DNA of 64,000 nt, from IMG/VR virus record IMGVR_UViG_3300045988_055014, positions 1-64,000 of that record. One strand, given 5' to 3'. Of this stretch, positions 51,605 to 61,927 are shown in pieces. The notes beneath the pieces were generated by a model. The model worked only from the letters and a program-made list of their open reading frames with translations, ran no database searches and was not told the origin of the DNA. A program made the position numbers and the translations under genes. The stretch comes from a virus. The stretch's first letter is position 1, and each line of letters opens with the position of its first letter.

Positions 51605-51877
51605 ATGAAAATAATAACAATGCACCATATATTAGGCAATAAAGTATTAGAATATGATGTTGATGATAGAGGAGTTATCGTAGACGAGAGAGAATATGAT
51701 AGAACTGTTAATCCTAAACCTAATATAGCAGATTGGGTGAAAGAACACATGGTGTTCTGGTACGATATGTCAAAGCCTGTGGATGTTTATATTCCTGGCG
51801 TTACTTATGCAAATCAATTCATAAATGATGGAGGAAAACTTAGCTGTGACAGAACTATAAACAAGTGCACTATATAG
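51605..51877 (+). CDS. hypothetical protein (higher-GC island)
   Basis: 90 aa with no internal TAG. Ends at TAG 51875-51877 and would extend to TGA 51929-51931 if read through. Confidence 0.4.
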   Translation: MKIITMHHILGNKVLEYDVDDRGVIVDEREYDRTVNPKPNIADWVKEHMVFWYDMSKPVDVYIPGVTYANQFINDGGKLSCDRTINKCTI

Positions 51878-51962
51878 GATTCGATTCAGTTCCCACCAAG
51901 GAAACTGACGGATTCACCGAGCAGGATTTGATTGATTATGTACTTGAAAATTTGATAACAAA

Positions 51963-52175
51963 ATGAGATACGTTATAGTAACAATAGAATGGTGTATGGA
52001 ACATGGGATTGTTCCGCCCATCCACGCAAGAAGAAGTGTTGACGGAACAATGATCCTGTTGCACGAAGATTTTGTCGCACCTGTATTGGGAGAGGAAGAA
52101 ATTTCTTCCTACCTTTACGACAGTAATGAGTTAAGTGAAATTTTAAATAGCGAAGTATGGACAGAAATGAATTAA
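51963..52175 (+). CDS. hypothetical protein (higher-GC island)
   Basis: 70 aa, no TAG. Its codon usage (CCG, GCC, CGC, GTC) is unlike the surrounding genes. Confidence 0.4.
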   Translation: MRYVIVTIEWCMEHGIVPPIHARRSVDGTMILLHEDFVAPVLGEEEISSYLYDSNELSEILNSEVWTEMN

Positions 52176-52618
52176 TAGATAAATTAAAACCTTATTTTAA
52201 AATATAGGAATTAGTGTGTCCTCATTGCTACTCTAAATTTGGTGAAACTTCTTGGTAGTTTATAAGTACTGAAATACTTAGTACTTTGTATGTATTACGT
52301 ACTAAAATATTTAATAAGCCTATTACTGTTAATACTTGGAAAGCTGGTGGCTAGTTCTCACAAAGAGGTTTACGTTGCAATATGTGTCAATTAGTAAAGA
52401 ATAAAAATAGCATTTACTTATCTGCACATTGTTTAGGTAAAGCTATTGACTTTAATGTAAAGGATTTAGATAGTAAAACAGTAAATGATATAGTAAGATA
52501 GAATGCTGATTTATTTGAATATCCTATTAGATTAGAAGCTAACACTGATGGATGGTCTCATTGTGATTGTTATGTTCCTTATAACTCTAAGGAAAAGATA
52601 GTAATTTTTACAGCATAA
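52157..52618 (+). CDS. endolysin, peptidase M15 (zinc D-Ala-D-Ala carboxypeptidase-fold) family
   Basis: 153 aa through 4 TAG. Zn-ligand pattern SAHCLGKAID (H-x6-D) and GWSHCD. Invisible in the standard-code track. Confidence 0.65.
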
Positions 52619-52675
52619 AACTATAACCATATAGATACATTGACATTACACATAAATGTGTAAAATAAATTATAT

Positions 52676-53299
52676 ATGGAAGAAATTTGGAAAGACGTAA
52701 AAGGTTTTGAAAGTTTATATATGGTTAGTAATTTAGGGAGAGTTAAAAATGTTCCACATTATGTTACTAGAAAATATTATAGACCTTCTACTGGAGATAA
52801 TATTGAAGATAAATTGTATATAAAAGAAGTGTTGTTAAATCCTAAAAAGAAGTACCATCATAAAGATAGAGGGATATATAACTATTTCTATTATGGAGTA
52901 AGTCTTCGTAAAGATGGTAAGTATTACAACAAATCAATACATCGTTTAGTGGCAGAAGCTTTCTTACCTAATCCTGACAATCTGCCTTGTGTAAACCACA
53001 AAGATGAGAACAAATTAAATAATTGTGTAGACAATTTAGAATGGTGTACTTATCAACACAATAATGTTTGGAAAAATAGATTAGCTAAAAGTTTAGAAAC
53101 GTTTAATGCAAATCCTAAAAATAGAAGGAAAGTATATCAATATACAAAAGATGGAGCATTCATTAAAGAATATGAATCTGTAAAAGAAGCTACTAAAGAA
53201 ATGGGTTTAAAGCACAGTAGTGGAATATATCTTAGCTGTAATCATAATAATTGCTACGCAAGAGGCTTTAAATGGTCTTTTAACTCTCCTTCCTTATAA
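52676..53299 (+). CDS. HNH homing endonuclease (NUMOD4-type N-terminus)
   Basis: MEEIWKDVKGFESLYMVSNLGRVKN...VNHKDENKLNNCVDNLEW. No TAG. Confidence 0.75.
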   Translation: MEEIWKDVKGFESLYMVSNLGRVKNVPHYVTRKYYRPSTGDNIEDKLYIKEVLLNPKKKYHHKDRGIYNYFYYGVSLRKDGKYYNKSIHRLVAEAFLPNPDNLPCVNHKDENKLNNCVDNLEWCTYQHNNVWKNRLAKSLETFNANPKNRRKVYQYTKDGAFIKEYESVKEATKEMGLKHSSGIYLSCNHNNCYARGFKWSFNSPSL

Positions 53300-53347
53300 A
53301 TGCATCATTTAATAAAGAAAATGGCTTAAAACGCCTTAAAATGCGTT

Positions 53348-53677
53348 ATGGAAAAAGAAACTATTTTATATAATATATTATATGTGGATAATAAAGCAAG
53401 AACAATTATTCCTGAAGTAGTTAATGCTTGGAATCTTACTCCACATAGATTTATTAAATCTGGTGAAACAGTATCACTAGATGTTCATAGTAATATGTAC
53501 AATATTCAAGGATTTAGTTCTGCACAGTATGTACATATAAATGTCAAATAGGATAGAATAGATATTACGTTAGATCCTAATGACACAGATAGTACTAGAC
53601 AGGCACGTATATCTCTTAATATAAGTGACTCTACAGGTACTCATAAGTTATTACAATTTGTAATACATTAGAATTAA
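53348..53677 (+). CDS. hypothetical protein
   Basis: Track ORF 53348..53551 is extended through 2 TAG to TAA 53675-53677 (109 aa). Confidence 0.45.
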
Positions 53678-53695
53678 CAATTAAAATATACGTAT

Positions 53696-54106
53696 ATGAC
53701 AAGAATAACAAGAAGCTATGTAGCTCCCAATCCTAAAGAATTCGAGTATTGGGTTGACTTAGCAGCAGATCCAAAAGGTAATGTAATTAAGTATTATGCT
53801 GGTAATAGTAAATGGAAACCTTTAAACGATGATACTGATAATGATCAAAGTGCTAGAATTACTGCACTTGAATCAGGTAAAGTAGATAAAATAGAAGGTA
53901 AAGAATTGTCTAGTAACGATTTTACTGATGCATATAAAAGTAAACTTGATGGTATAGCTGCTCAAGCAAATAAAACTACTGTAGAAAATTCATTAACATC
54001 TACAAGTACTACTAATGCTTTAGCTGCTGCTCAAGGTAAAGCATTAAAAGATTTAATTGACGCATTAACTACAAGAGTTGCTGCACTAGAAACACCGGCA
54101 GCTTAA
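53696..54106 (+). CDS. short tail fibre-like protein
   Basis: 136 aa. The N-terminal NPKEFEYWVDL module is shared with the next gene. C-terminal coiled coil ALAAAQGKALKDLIDALTTRVAALE. No TAG. Confidence 0.55.
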   Translation: MTRITRSYVAPNPKEFEYWVDLAADPKGNVIKYYAGNSKWKPLNDDTDNDQSARITALESGKVDKIEGKELSSNDFTDAYKSKLDGIAAQANKTTVENSLTSTSTTNALAAAQGKALKDLIDALTTRVAALETPAA

Positions 54107-54119
54107 TAAATAAATACAT

Positions 54120-57100
54120 ATGGTAACAAATAGGATAATATTTTTTGCAACGTCTGTTCAACCTAATCCCGAAGAGATAGACTATTGGGTTGACTTATCT
54201 GATAATCCTTATGGTGGTAGTATTAAATATTTCAATGGAACCGAATGGGTAAGACTATCTGCTTCAGGTGGTATACCAGACCTCAGCAATTACTATACTA
54301 AAACACAAGTAAATAATTTGCTTAATAATAAAGCAGATGTTAGTGATGTAGATAGTAAAGTAGATGATGAAGAGGTTAAAGATGTAATAAAAGATATATA
54401 GTTTAATACTTCTAATTCTAATGACATTACTATGGTAATGTTTAAGTATGATGGAAGTAATAAAACTGTTTCAATACCAGTAGCTTCTACAAGTTCTGCT
54501 GGTATCATTACATCTAAAGATTTCTTAGACTTTGTTAAGCAGCATCAGTTATAGGAACTTCATACTGAGATGATTGATACCTTTGCTGATATACGTGCAA
54601 AGTATTAGAAGAAACTCATTGCAGGTTTGAACATTGAAATTGATCAAGAAACTAATGTAATTAGTGCATCTGGTGATCTAGCTGTACAATGGGATGCTAT
54701 TACTAACAAACCAGATTTTAAACCAGTAGCTACATCTGGTGATTATAATGACTTAATTAATAAGTTAAAGCCGGGTAAAGATGTTAGTATTAGTGAAGAT
54801 AATACGATTAGTATTGCTATTGATTCAGATTCATTGGAACAGTCTTTAGCTACTTTACAAAGTAATATAGATAAAGAAGCTGCTACTGCTCGTGCTGCTG
54901 AAACTAAATTAGGCAATGATATAGCTACTGAGAAGAATAGAGCTCAATCTGCTGAATAGACTATTAGTACTAATTTACAGAATGAAATTGATAGATCTAC
55001 TCAGATAGATACTCAACATACTAATGCTATAAACAAAGAAGTACAAGATAGAAAAGAAGCTATTGCTACAGAAGTTAGTGATAGAAATGCAGCTATCTTA
55101 GTAGAAACTAATAGAGCTAAGGCTAAAGAAGAAGAGTTAGACAATAAGATTACCAATCATACTGCTGCAACTAATGCAGCATTAGCATTAAAAGCAGACA
55201 AGTCTGATACTTATACTAAGGCACAAGTAGATGCTAAATTATCTGGCGCTTATAAAGTAAAAGGATCTAGTACGTTTGAAACTCTACCTAAAGACAACAA
55301 TGTAGTTGGTGATGTATATAATATTACTAATGCATTTAACTTAGGTGGTAAACATTATGATGCTGGTACTAATGTAGTATGGACTGAAGATGGTTGGGAT
55401 GCTTTATCAGGTTCATTTGATACTACTGCTATTGAAGGTAGTATTCAAGAAGTAGCTGATGATTTAGCTCAAGAGATATTAGATAGAACTCAAGCTGATA
55501 CTACTATCAATAACAATGTATCTTCATTATCTAACAGAGTAAAAGTGAATGAAGATAAACTTACTATTATTAATGGTAATGAATCTACTACTGGTTCTAT
55601 AGCTAATGCTATTAAGCAGGCTAAGTCATATACAGATACAACTGTAACAGCTGAATAGACTAGAGCAGAGAAAGCAGAATAGAAACTAACTAGTGATTTA
55701 GCTAGTGAAGTAACTAGAGCTAAAGGCGCTGAATCAGCTAATGCTACAGCTATAGCAAATGAAGTAGAAAGAGCTACTGGTGTAGAAGAAGCTTTAAGAA
55801 CAGATGTAGAAGATTTAACTGGTTAGGTATTAATTCTTGAAAAGACTAAGGTTGATAAAGTTGGAGGTAAAGGTCTTAGTACTAATGATTATACTACTCC
55901 TGAAAAGAATAAACTAGCTGCTATAGAAGCTGAAGCTAATAAGTATGTATTACCTGCTGCTACAGCTAGTGCATTAGGTGGTGTTAAGATAGGTAGTAAT
56001 ATAACACTAGCAGATGGTGGTACTATCAGTATAACTAAGAATAATGTAACTAGTGCATTAGGTGTAGATCCTACTACTACTTATGTAAAGAAAGCTGGTG
56101 ATACTATGACAGGAGCTTTAACAAACAGTTCCACTATTAGTGGTAGCAAATTGATATCTACTGTATCTACTGGCACTGCACCTATACAAGTATCTTCTAC
56201 TACTCTGTGTACCAATCTGAATGCAGATATGGTAGATGGTTATGGAGTTTCAGAATTTAATAGTAATAGTATATCTGTTAAGTATTCTATAAATAGTGTA
56301 AATTAGGCTAACGCTGAAAATTGGATTAAAGTTTGCACGTTACCATTAGTTGATTAGGAAATAACATAGGATAAAAAAGCAGTATTTGAAATAGTTGGTG
56401 GAGCGGATTCTGGTGAAAAATATACTTATTATGGAATATTGACTGCTTCTACTAGATATGTAGAAAATGTAGAATTACGTATTTTAAGTAGTATGGCTAT
56501 CCCTTCTGTTGCTGTATTTATAGCTGGATACGTTGTTACGTCTAATGAAGTAGAAATATGGATTAGAACTAGTGCATAGTGGGGAACAAACACTAATATA
56601 GTATGTAAATGTGCTTCTACTCATACTAAGAACATATTAAGTAGTCCAGCCACTACATAGAGACCAAGTAATTTTGTATTAGGTAACATTAAAATATTAG
56701 ATGCTCCAGATTGGTATGGTGTATCATGGTCAGAAACATCATCTAGTCCAGATTGTACTCGTATTGGTAATATGGATATGCATAGAACACTGCCTATATA
56801 GAGTATGATGAAAGGATATCTTTATTTTAAAGACGGAAATCCTTTATATAGGATGTTAAAGCTAAATGATAGTTGGACTAAATGTGAAAATTATTCTGCT
56901 GGAGGATGGAGAGATGTAGATACTTTACTAGAAGACAATAACATAAATGTAATGATTAAAATACCTGAATTTTGGTGGATAGATGATTATATAGAATCTA
57001 CTGAAACACATAATTTAAAAATATGTCCACATGCTAAACCAGGATGGTATCATCATAAAGAAGCTTATGTGTCTGCTTATGAAGGTTATATTGATGGGAA

Positions 57101-57935
57101 TTATTATAGATCTTCTAAAAATAAAATACCCAGTGTTAATTTCACAAGATCTGCTGTAAGACCAAAAGCGAGAGCTAATGGTTTAGGAAATTCGTGGAAT
57201 ATATATACATATAATGAACATAGAGCCATATGTCATTTATTCTTAATAGAATATGCTACTAGAAATAGCCAAAAAGCAGTTAATACCGCATTAACAGTTG
57301 AAGGATTTAGACAAGGTGGATTAGGTTCTGGTTGTACTACGGGAATAGCTACTATTAACGGAGATAAAACTTGGTCGTTTATTCCTACTGGAAGTTCTGA
57401 TAGTTTAGGTAGTGGTTCTGGTGAAGTTACAGTAACTATACAATAGACAGATTCATCTGGCTCTAATACTACAACTACTACAAGAAAGTGTAATAGATAT
57501 AGAGGAATAGAGAATCCATTTGGGCATGTGTGGAAACACACTGACGATGTTATTAGTGCATATATTTCTGGTTACGGCGCTAGATTTTGGTATAAGTGCG
57601 ATTCTCCAGATCATTTCGGTGATTCTATCTTGAATGATAATTCGTACTATAAAAATATAGCAGCAAATGCTGTAGTTACTGGATACAAAACAAAAATAGT
57701 AACTACGTCTACGTGTGACTTTTTCGCTTTATCTTGCAACAATGGTTCAGAAACAACATACTGGTGTGACTATAATTGGGACAATACGGATGGTTCATTA
57801 CATTGTTTGTTAATCGGTGGTCGCTCTGACAATGGCGGCGGGGCGGGTCTGTTCGGTCTTATTTCCACTGATGGGGTTGGTAATTCCGCTGCTCATATCG
57901 GTTCTCGATTAACATATCTCCCGTGGGCGGAGTAA
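54120..57935 (+). CDS. long tail fibre; DGR target protein with a C-terminal C-type-lectin-like variable region
   Basis: Frame 3 is open from ATG 54120 to TAA 57933-57935 through more than 15 TAG. It joins track ORFs 54120, 54627, 56106, 56805 and 57528 (1271 aa). The C-terminus GGRSDNGGGAGLFGLISTDGVGNSAAHIGSRL overlaps the VR. Confidence 0.75.
57806..57906 (+). repeat. DGR variable repeat (VR)
   Basis: Gapless 101-nt alignment to 58020-58120. 29 mismatches, every one opposite an adenine in the TR copy. Confidence 0.85.
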
Positions 57936-58019
57936 TGACTTAATTATGCAATACGGTATAGTTAAGTAATACCCACAGGTTGCTTCTCTAGAATTAGAAC
58001 GAGTATGCATTATTAGTTT

Positions 58020-58120
58020 TAAGTAAAAAAGTAGTAACTCTGACAATAGCAGCAAAGCAGGTCTATTCAATCTTAATTCCAATAATGAGGTTAGTAATTC
58101 CAATGCTAATATCAGTTCAA
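58020..58120 (+). repeat. DGR template repeat (TR)
   Basis: 41 adenines, 29 of them substituted in the VR. All 60 non-A positions are identical. AAY/AGY codon-rich in the VR frame. Confidence 0.85.
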
Positions 58121-58259
58121 TGAAATTGCGTATCATAATATTTTCAGTTTATCATATAATAGCCAACTACTGAGAAGGACCTTACCACTTGGTAAAAAAT
58201 ATAAATAATTTATTAAGGGTTAGTAGTGAAATATCGAAAGCTCTTTGTAATTTCAGACT

Positions 58260-59288
58260 ATGAAGAAATTTAAGAATTTATATTAGAAGATAACAGATTT
58301 AGAAAATATAAAACTAGCTCACCACAATGCTAGAAAGAATAAAACTCACAGAGATGATGTAAAAAAAGTAGATGAAGATATAGAAGGATTTTGTAAGTAG
58401 ATACAAGATATGTTAATCAATCATACTTATAAAACTTCTGAATATTTTACTTTTAAGTTATATGAACCTAAAGAAAGAATAATATTTAAACTACCTTACT
58501 TTCCAGATCGTATAGTACATCACGCCATTATGAATATAATGGAACCTTTGTGGATTAATTAGATGATACCTTAGACTTATAGTTGTATCAAGAAAAGAGG
58601 AATTCACAAAGTTCTTAGGTAGATATAGCATGATCTAAAAGATAGAAAGAATACTAAATACTGTCTTAAAATAGATATTAGAAAGTTTTATCCTTCAGTA
58701 GATCACGATATATTAAAATAGATAATTAGAATAAAAGTATCAGATAGGGAACTATTATAGTTACTAGATGAGATAATAGATTCATCAGATGGAGTACCTA
58801 TTGGTAATTACTTATCTTAGTTCTTTGCTAATCTGTATCTATCTTACTTTGATCATTGGGTTAAAGAAGATAAAAACATAAAGTACTATTATAGATATGC
58901 AGATGATATAGTAATACTTTATAAAGATAAAGAGTCTTTGTAGACATTACTTAGAGATATAAAGTAGTATTTAAAAGATAACTTAAAACTATAGTTAAAG
59001 AATAATTATCAGGTATTCCCAGTAGAAAGTAGAAGTATAGATTTTGTTGGATATAAAATATATCGCAACTTTACTTTAGTTAGAAAAGTATTAAAGAAAA
59101 AATACTGTAAGAAGAATGCCAAACTGAATAAAAGAAGTACTAACTATAAATATTATAGAAGAAAGATGGCTAGTTACATAGGATGGTTTAAACACGCTAA
59201 CTGTTATTCTTTACTTACTAAAACTATTAAACATAAAGAGCTATTAGATTACCTGGATATACGTAAGGGAAATAGAACATACGAATAA
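58260..59288 (+). CDS. DGR-type reverse transcriptase (TAG read as sense)
   Basis: 342 aa through 12 TAG. Motifs PYFPDRIVHHAIMNIMEP, CLKIDIRKFYPSVDH, IGNYLSQFFANLYL and YYRYADDIVIL. Completely fragmented in the standard-code track. Confidence 0.85.
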
Positions 59289-59411
59289 TGAGTACGTTAT
59301 AGTTATATAATTGCAGAGACTTTAACATATGCTAGCAGTAATAAATATTGACTAGCATTTTTATTTCAGATAAAATTATTTTAAGTTGTGTTGAGTAGAA
59401 GTTTATATATA

Positions 59412-59930
59412 ATGAATCTTGCAAGACGTATATTTGCTAATGGATATCAATCTATAGTAGGTTGGCTAACAGGTATAGCGACTATACTAGCACCAGCTGC
59501 ACCATTAATAGGTGTGTCATTTCTATTCATAATATTAGACTTAATCTATGGATATAAAGTATGTAGACAAGTAACCAATAATAGTTACTTTGAATCTGGT
59601 AAGTTCTGGTCTACTATTGAGAAACTAGGATTTGCAGCTGTAATGATAGCTGGATTTACTTTATTAGATAAGTTTATATTTATGACATATACCGATCTGG
59701 TGTTAGCTAAAGTTGCAGCAGGAGCAGTATGTTTTGCAGAAATAATATCATTATTAGAATCTAGGAAAGCATTAAAACCTAATTCATTAGTTACAAGACT
59801 CTTCACAAAGATTATAAAGTCGAAAGCAGAAAAATATTTAGATGTAGATATAACAGACATCTTAGAAGAACAAAATACTATTACAAATGATACCAATACT
59901 GATAAGTCTAGCAAAAAGATTAACAAGTAA
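59412..59930 (+). CDS. holin candidate (phage_holin_4-like layout)
   Basis: ATG 59412 (track start is GTG 59388). About 3 TM helices, then FAEIISLLES, resembling the E..SI.EN box. Charged C-terminus. No TAG. Confidence 0.5.
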   Translation: MNLARRIFANGYQSIVGWLTGIATILAPAAPLIGVSFLFIILDLIYGYKVCRQVTNNSYFESGKFWSTIEKLGFAAVMIAGFTLLDKFIFMTYTDLVLAKVAAGAVCFAEIISLLESRKALKPNSLVTRLFTKIIKSKAEKYLDVDITDILEEQNTITNDTNTDKSSKKINK

Positions 59931-59964
59931 CATTATCGGTTGGTTTAAAAGGAATTACAAAGCA

Positions 59965-60543
59965 ATGGCAGTGATTATCATTACGATTCTCGCTGCCATT
60001 TGTTTTTATTAGAATAACTAGCTAGATAAGAAGAATAAAGAAATAGATAGAGTAACTAATAACTATCTTTACTATGAATAGCTAGCAACATAGTAGAAGA
60101 ATGATAATAGAGTGTTATAGCTTACTCTAGATGAATTTAAAGAAACCAAAGATAGCTTGATACAAGAAGTACATGCTACAGTAAAGAAATTAAAGATCAA
60201 AGAGAAGGAGTTGAAATAGGTACAGATATAGGAGTAGAAAGTAGTACATGATACTACAGTAGTAGTTAGATCAACTGACTTTAAAGTGGAAATCAAACCA
60301 AACAATTTGACATCAATCATAATAAATAAAAGAGATACGCTCCTAACACATAGTATCGACATTCGCAATACACAATCACTATTTATTCATACTAAAAAAG
60401 AATATAAGCGTAATTATAAGAATTGGTTCTAGCGACTCCTTCACTTTGATTTTAAAAAACGAACTATTTATAAGTACCAAATTGATAACAGTAACAAGTT
60501 AATCAATGTAGAAAATACTAGAATAATAGATTTATCAAAATGA
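59965..60543 (+). CDS. membrane-anchored coiled-coil protein (spanin-like candidate, TAG read as sense)
   Basis: Frame 1 is open to TGA 60541-60543 through about 10 TAG. N-terminal TM helix MAVIIITILAAICFY, then a coiled coil. An alternative ATG at 59887 overlaps the holin's end. Confidence 0.35.
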
Positions 60544-61175
60544 ACTTTATAAGTCGAATAATTAAATCAATTAATGCAATGAGAGAAAGACTGAAAATAG
60601 AGCGTCATGAGGCTATGTATGGTCCACACTTTAATGAAGAATGTGCACTAAAAGCAGTCTCAAAGATGGAAAACGAAGATGGCTCTCGTGGAGAACATTG
60701 GAGTTTAGAAGAAACTACTTCAATCGCTAACCAGTACGGAATCAATCTGAAAGGTGAGAAATACAACAAGTATGATTGGTACGTTGCTCTCAACATGATA
60801 CGTTCAGACTATTATCGTGCAGTTGTTACTATGACAAGTAGCGATCACATTAAGTACTTTGTAGAACTGGCAAAAGCTTGGTTGAATGACAAAGATATAG
60901 AAGAAGGAAAGATGTGGTATTACTATTGCTATATCATGTGTGATAAATTGCGCAAAGAAGCTAAGACGATGTTAATGCTTGAAGACGATGAAGATGAAGA
61001 GCGTGAGTATCGTTATGCTCGTGGTGGTAGAGGACGTGGAAGAGGTAGAGGAGGAAGAATGACTCGCTACGGTTATGACTATGACGAAGACGATGAATAT
61101 TTAGATCGTGAACGTGAAGAGGAAAGAATACATAGATATGAACCTATGTATGAAAGAAGAATATCAAGATATTAA
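60540..61175 (+). CDS. hypothetical protein with an RGG/acidic C-terminal tail
   Basis: 211 aa, no TAG, higher GC. Contains ARGGRGRGRGRGGR flanked by Asp/Glu/Tyr-rich segments. Confidence 0.5.
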   Translation: MNFISRIIKSINAMRERLKIERHEAMYGPHFNEECALKAVSKMENEDGSRGEHWSLEETTSIANQYGINLKGEKYNKYDWYVALNMIRSDYYRAVVTMTSSDHIKYFVELAKAWLNDKDIEEGKMWYYYCYIMCDKLRKEAKTMLMLEDDEDEEREYRYARGGRGRGRGRGGRMTRYGYDYDEDDEYLDREREEERIHRYEPMYERRISRY

Positions 61176-61338
61176 TTTAATCAAAATTTATGAGAACTAT
61201 GTACGAACCTGAAAAAATTTTAGTACAAAGATAAACGTACTGGAGTATTTCAGACTATAAATCATATTGTAGCACCAGCTGCTTAATAAAAAACTTAGGG
61301 CTACTGTAAAAGGTAGCCCTACTAAAACCAATTCAATT

Positions 61339-61917
61339 ATGTTATTTAGTCAATTAAAAATAGGAGATCACGTGCACGTATTGGAAGTTCTAGGAACTTT
61401 TAAAAAGACTACTGTTTATAGTCTTGGTTCTATTACCTAGGTTTCAAATCCTTATGATGAAGCTTTGCCGCAAGGTTAGTTTCCAATACCAGGATAGAAC
61501 AGACGTAAATTAGTCGATGTATTTATTAGTTGTAATGGAGAATCTAAGAAACTATCAGTACCAGCTGAACGTTCAATAATCAACGATACTTCTATAGGAC
61601 TTACTGTTGCTACCAACAAAGAAGAAATAGCTAATATGGTTAGATAGAACTACAACGAATTCAAAGCTAAAAAAGAAGCAGCAAGTAAGTACGATGAAGA
61701 AATGGAGAAGTGTAAAGATATTCTAGATCAACTAGAAGCACAAGTAGAAGTTCCTACAGTAACTAATACTGTTGATAATAGTAAAGAAATAAATGATTTA
61801 AAGAATGATGTAGCTGATATTAGGAAGATGATAGAAGATGCTAAGAAGATGTTTATGGGAGGGTTCCCAAAACCACCAATGCCGCCTATGCCTAATGTAC
61901 CAGCTCCAATAAAATAA
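61339..61917 (+). CDS. hypothetical protein with a Pro/Met-rich C-terminus
   Basis: ATG 61339 is in frame with track ORF 61702..61917 through 4 TAG. 192 aa, ending ...GGFPKPPMPPMPNVPAPIK. Confidence 0.5.
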
Positions 61918-61927
61918 AAGATATTTA

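Noticed and set aside
51427-51642. An alternative 71-aa TAG-containing ORF overlapping the 3' end of 51171..51467 and the start of 51605..51877.
   Set aside because: It cannot be distinguished from chance by eye and conflicts with both neighbours. It is left unannotated.
58260-59288. The RT could belong to a group II intron or a retron.
   Set aside because: The SQ-type motif, the adjacent TR/VR pair with A-only mismatches, and the absence of maturase/En domains or a domain V-like hairpin all point to a DGR.
61296-61321. 9-bp hairpin TAGGGCTAC/GTAGCCCTA as a terminator for the plus-strand gene 60540..61175.
   Set aside because: The U-run is on the wrong side (A6 precedes the stem on the plus strand, so the T-run would serve minus-strand transcription). 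It may still be an RNA stability or processing hairpin, or an antisense insulator.
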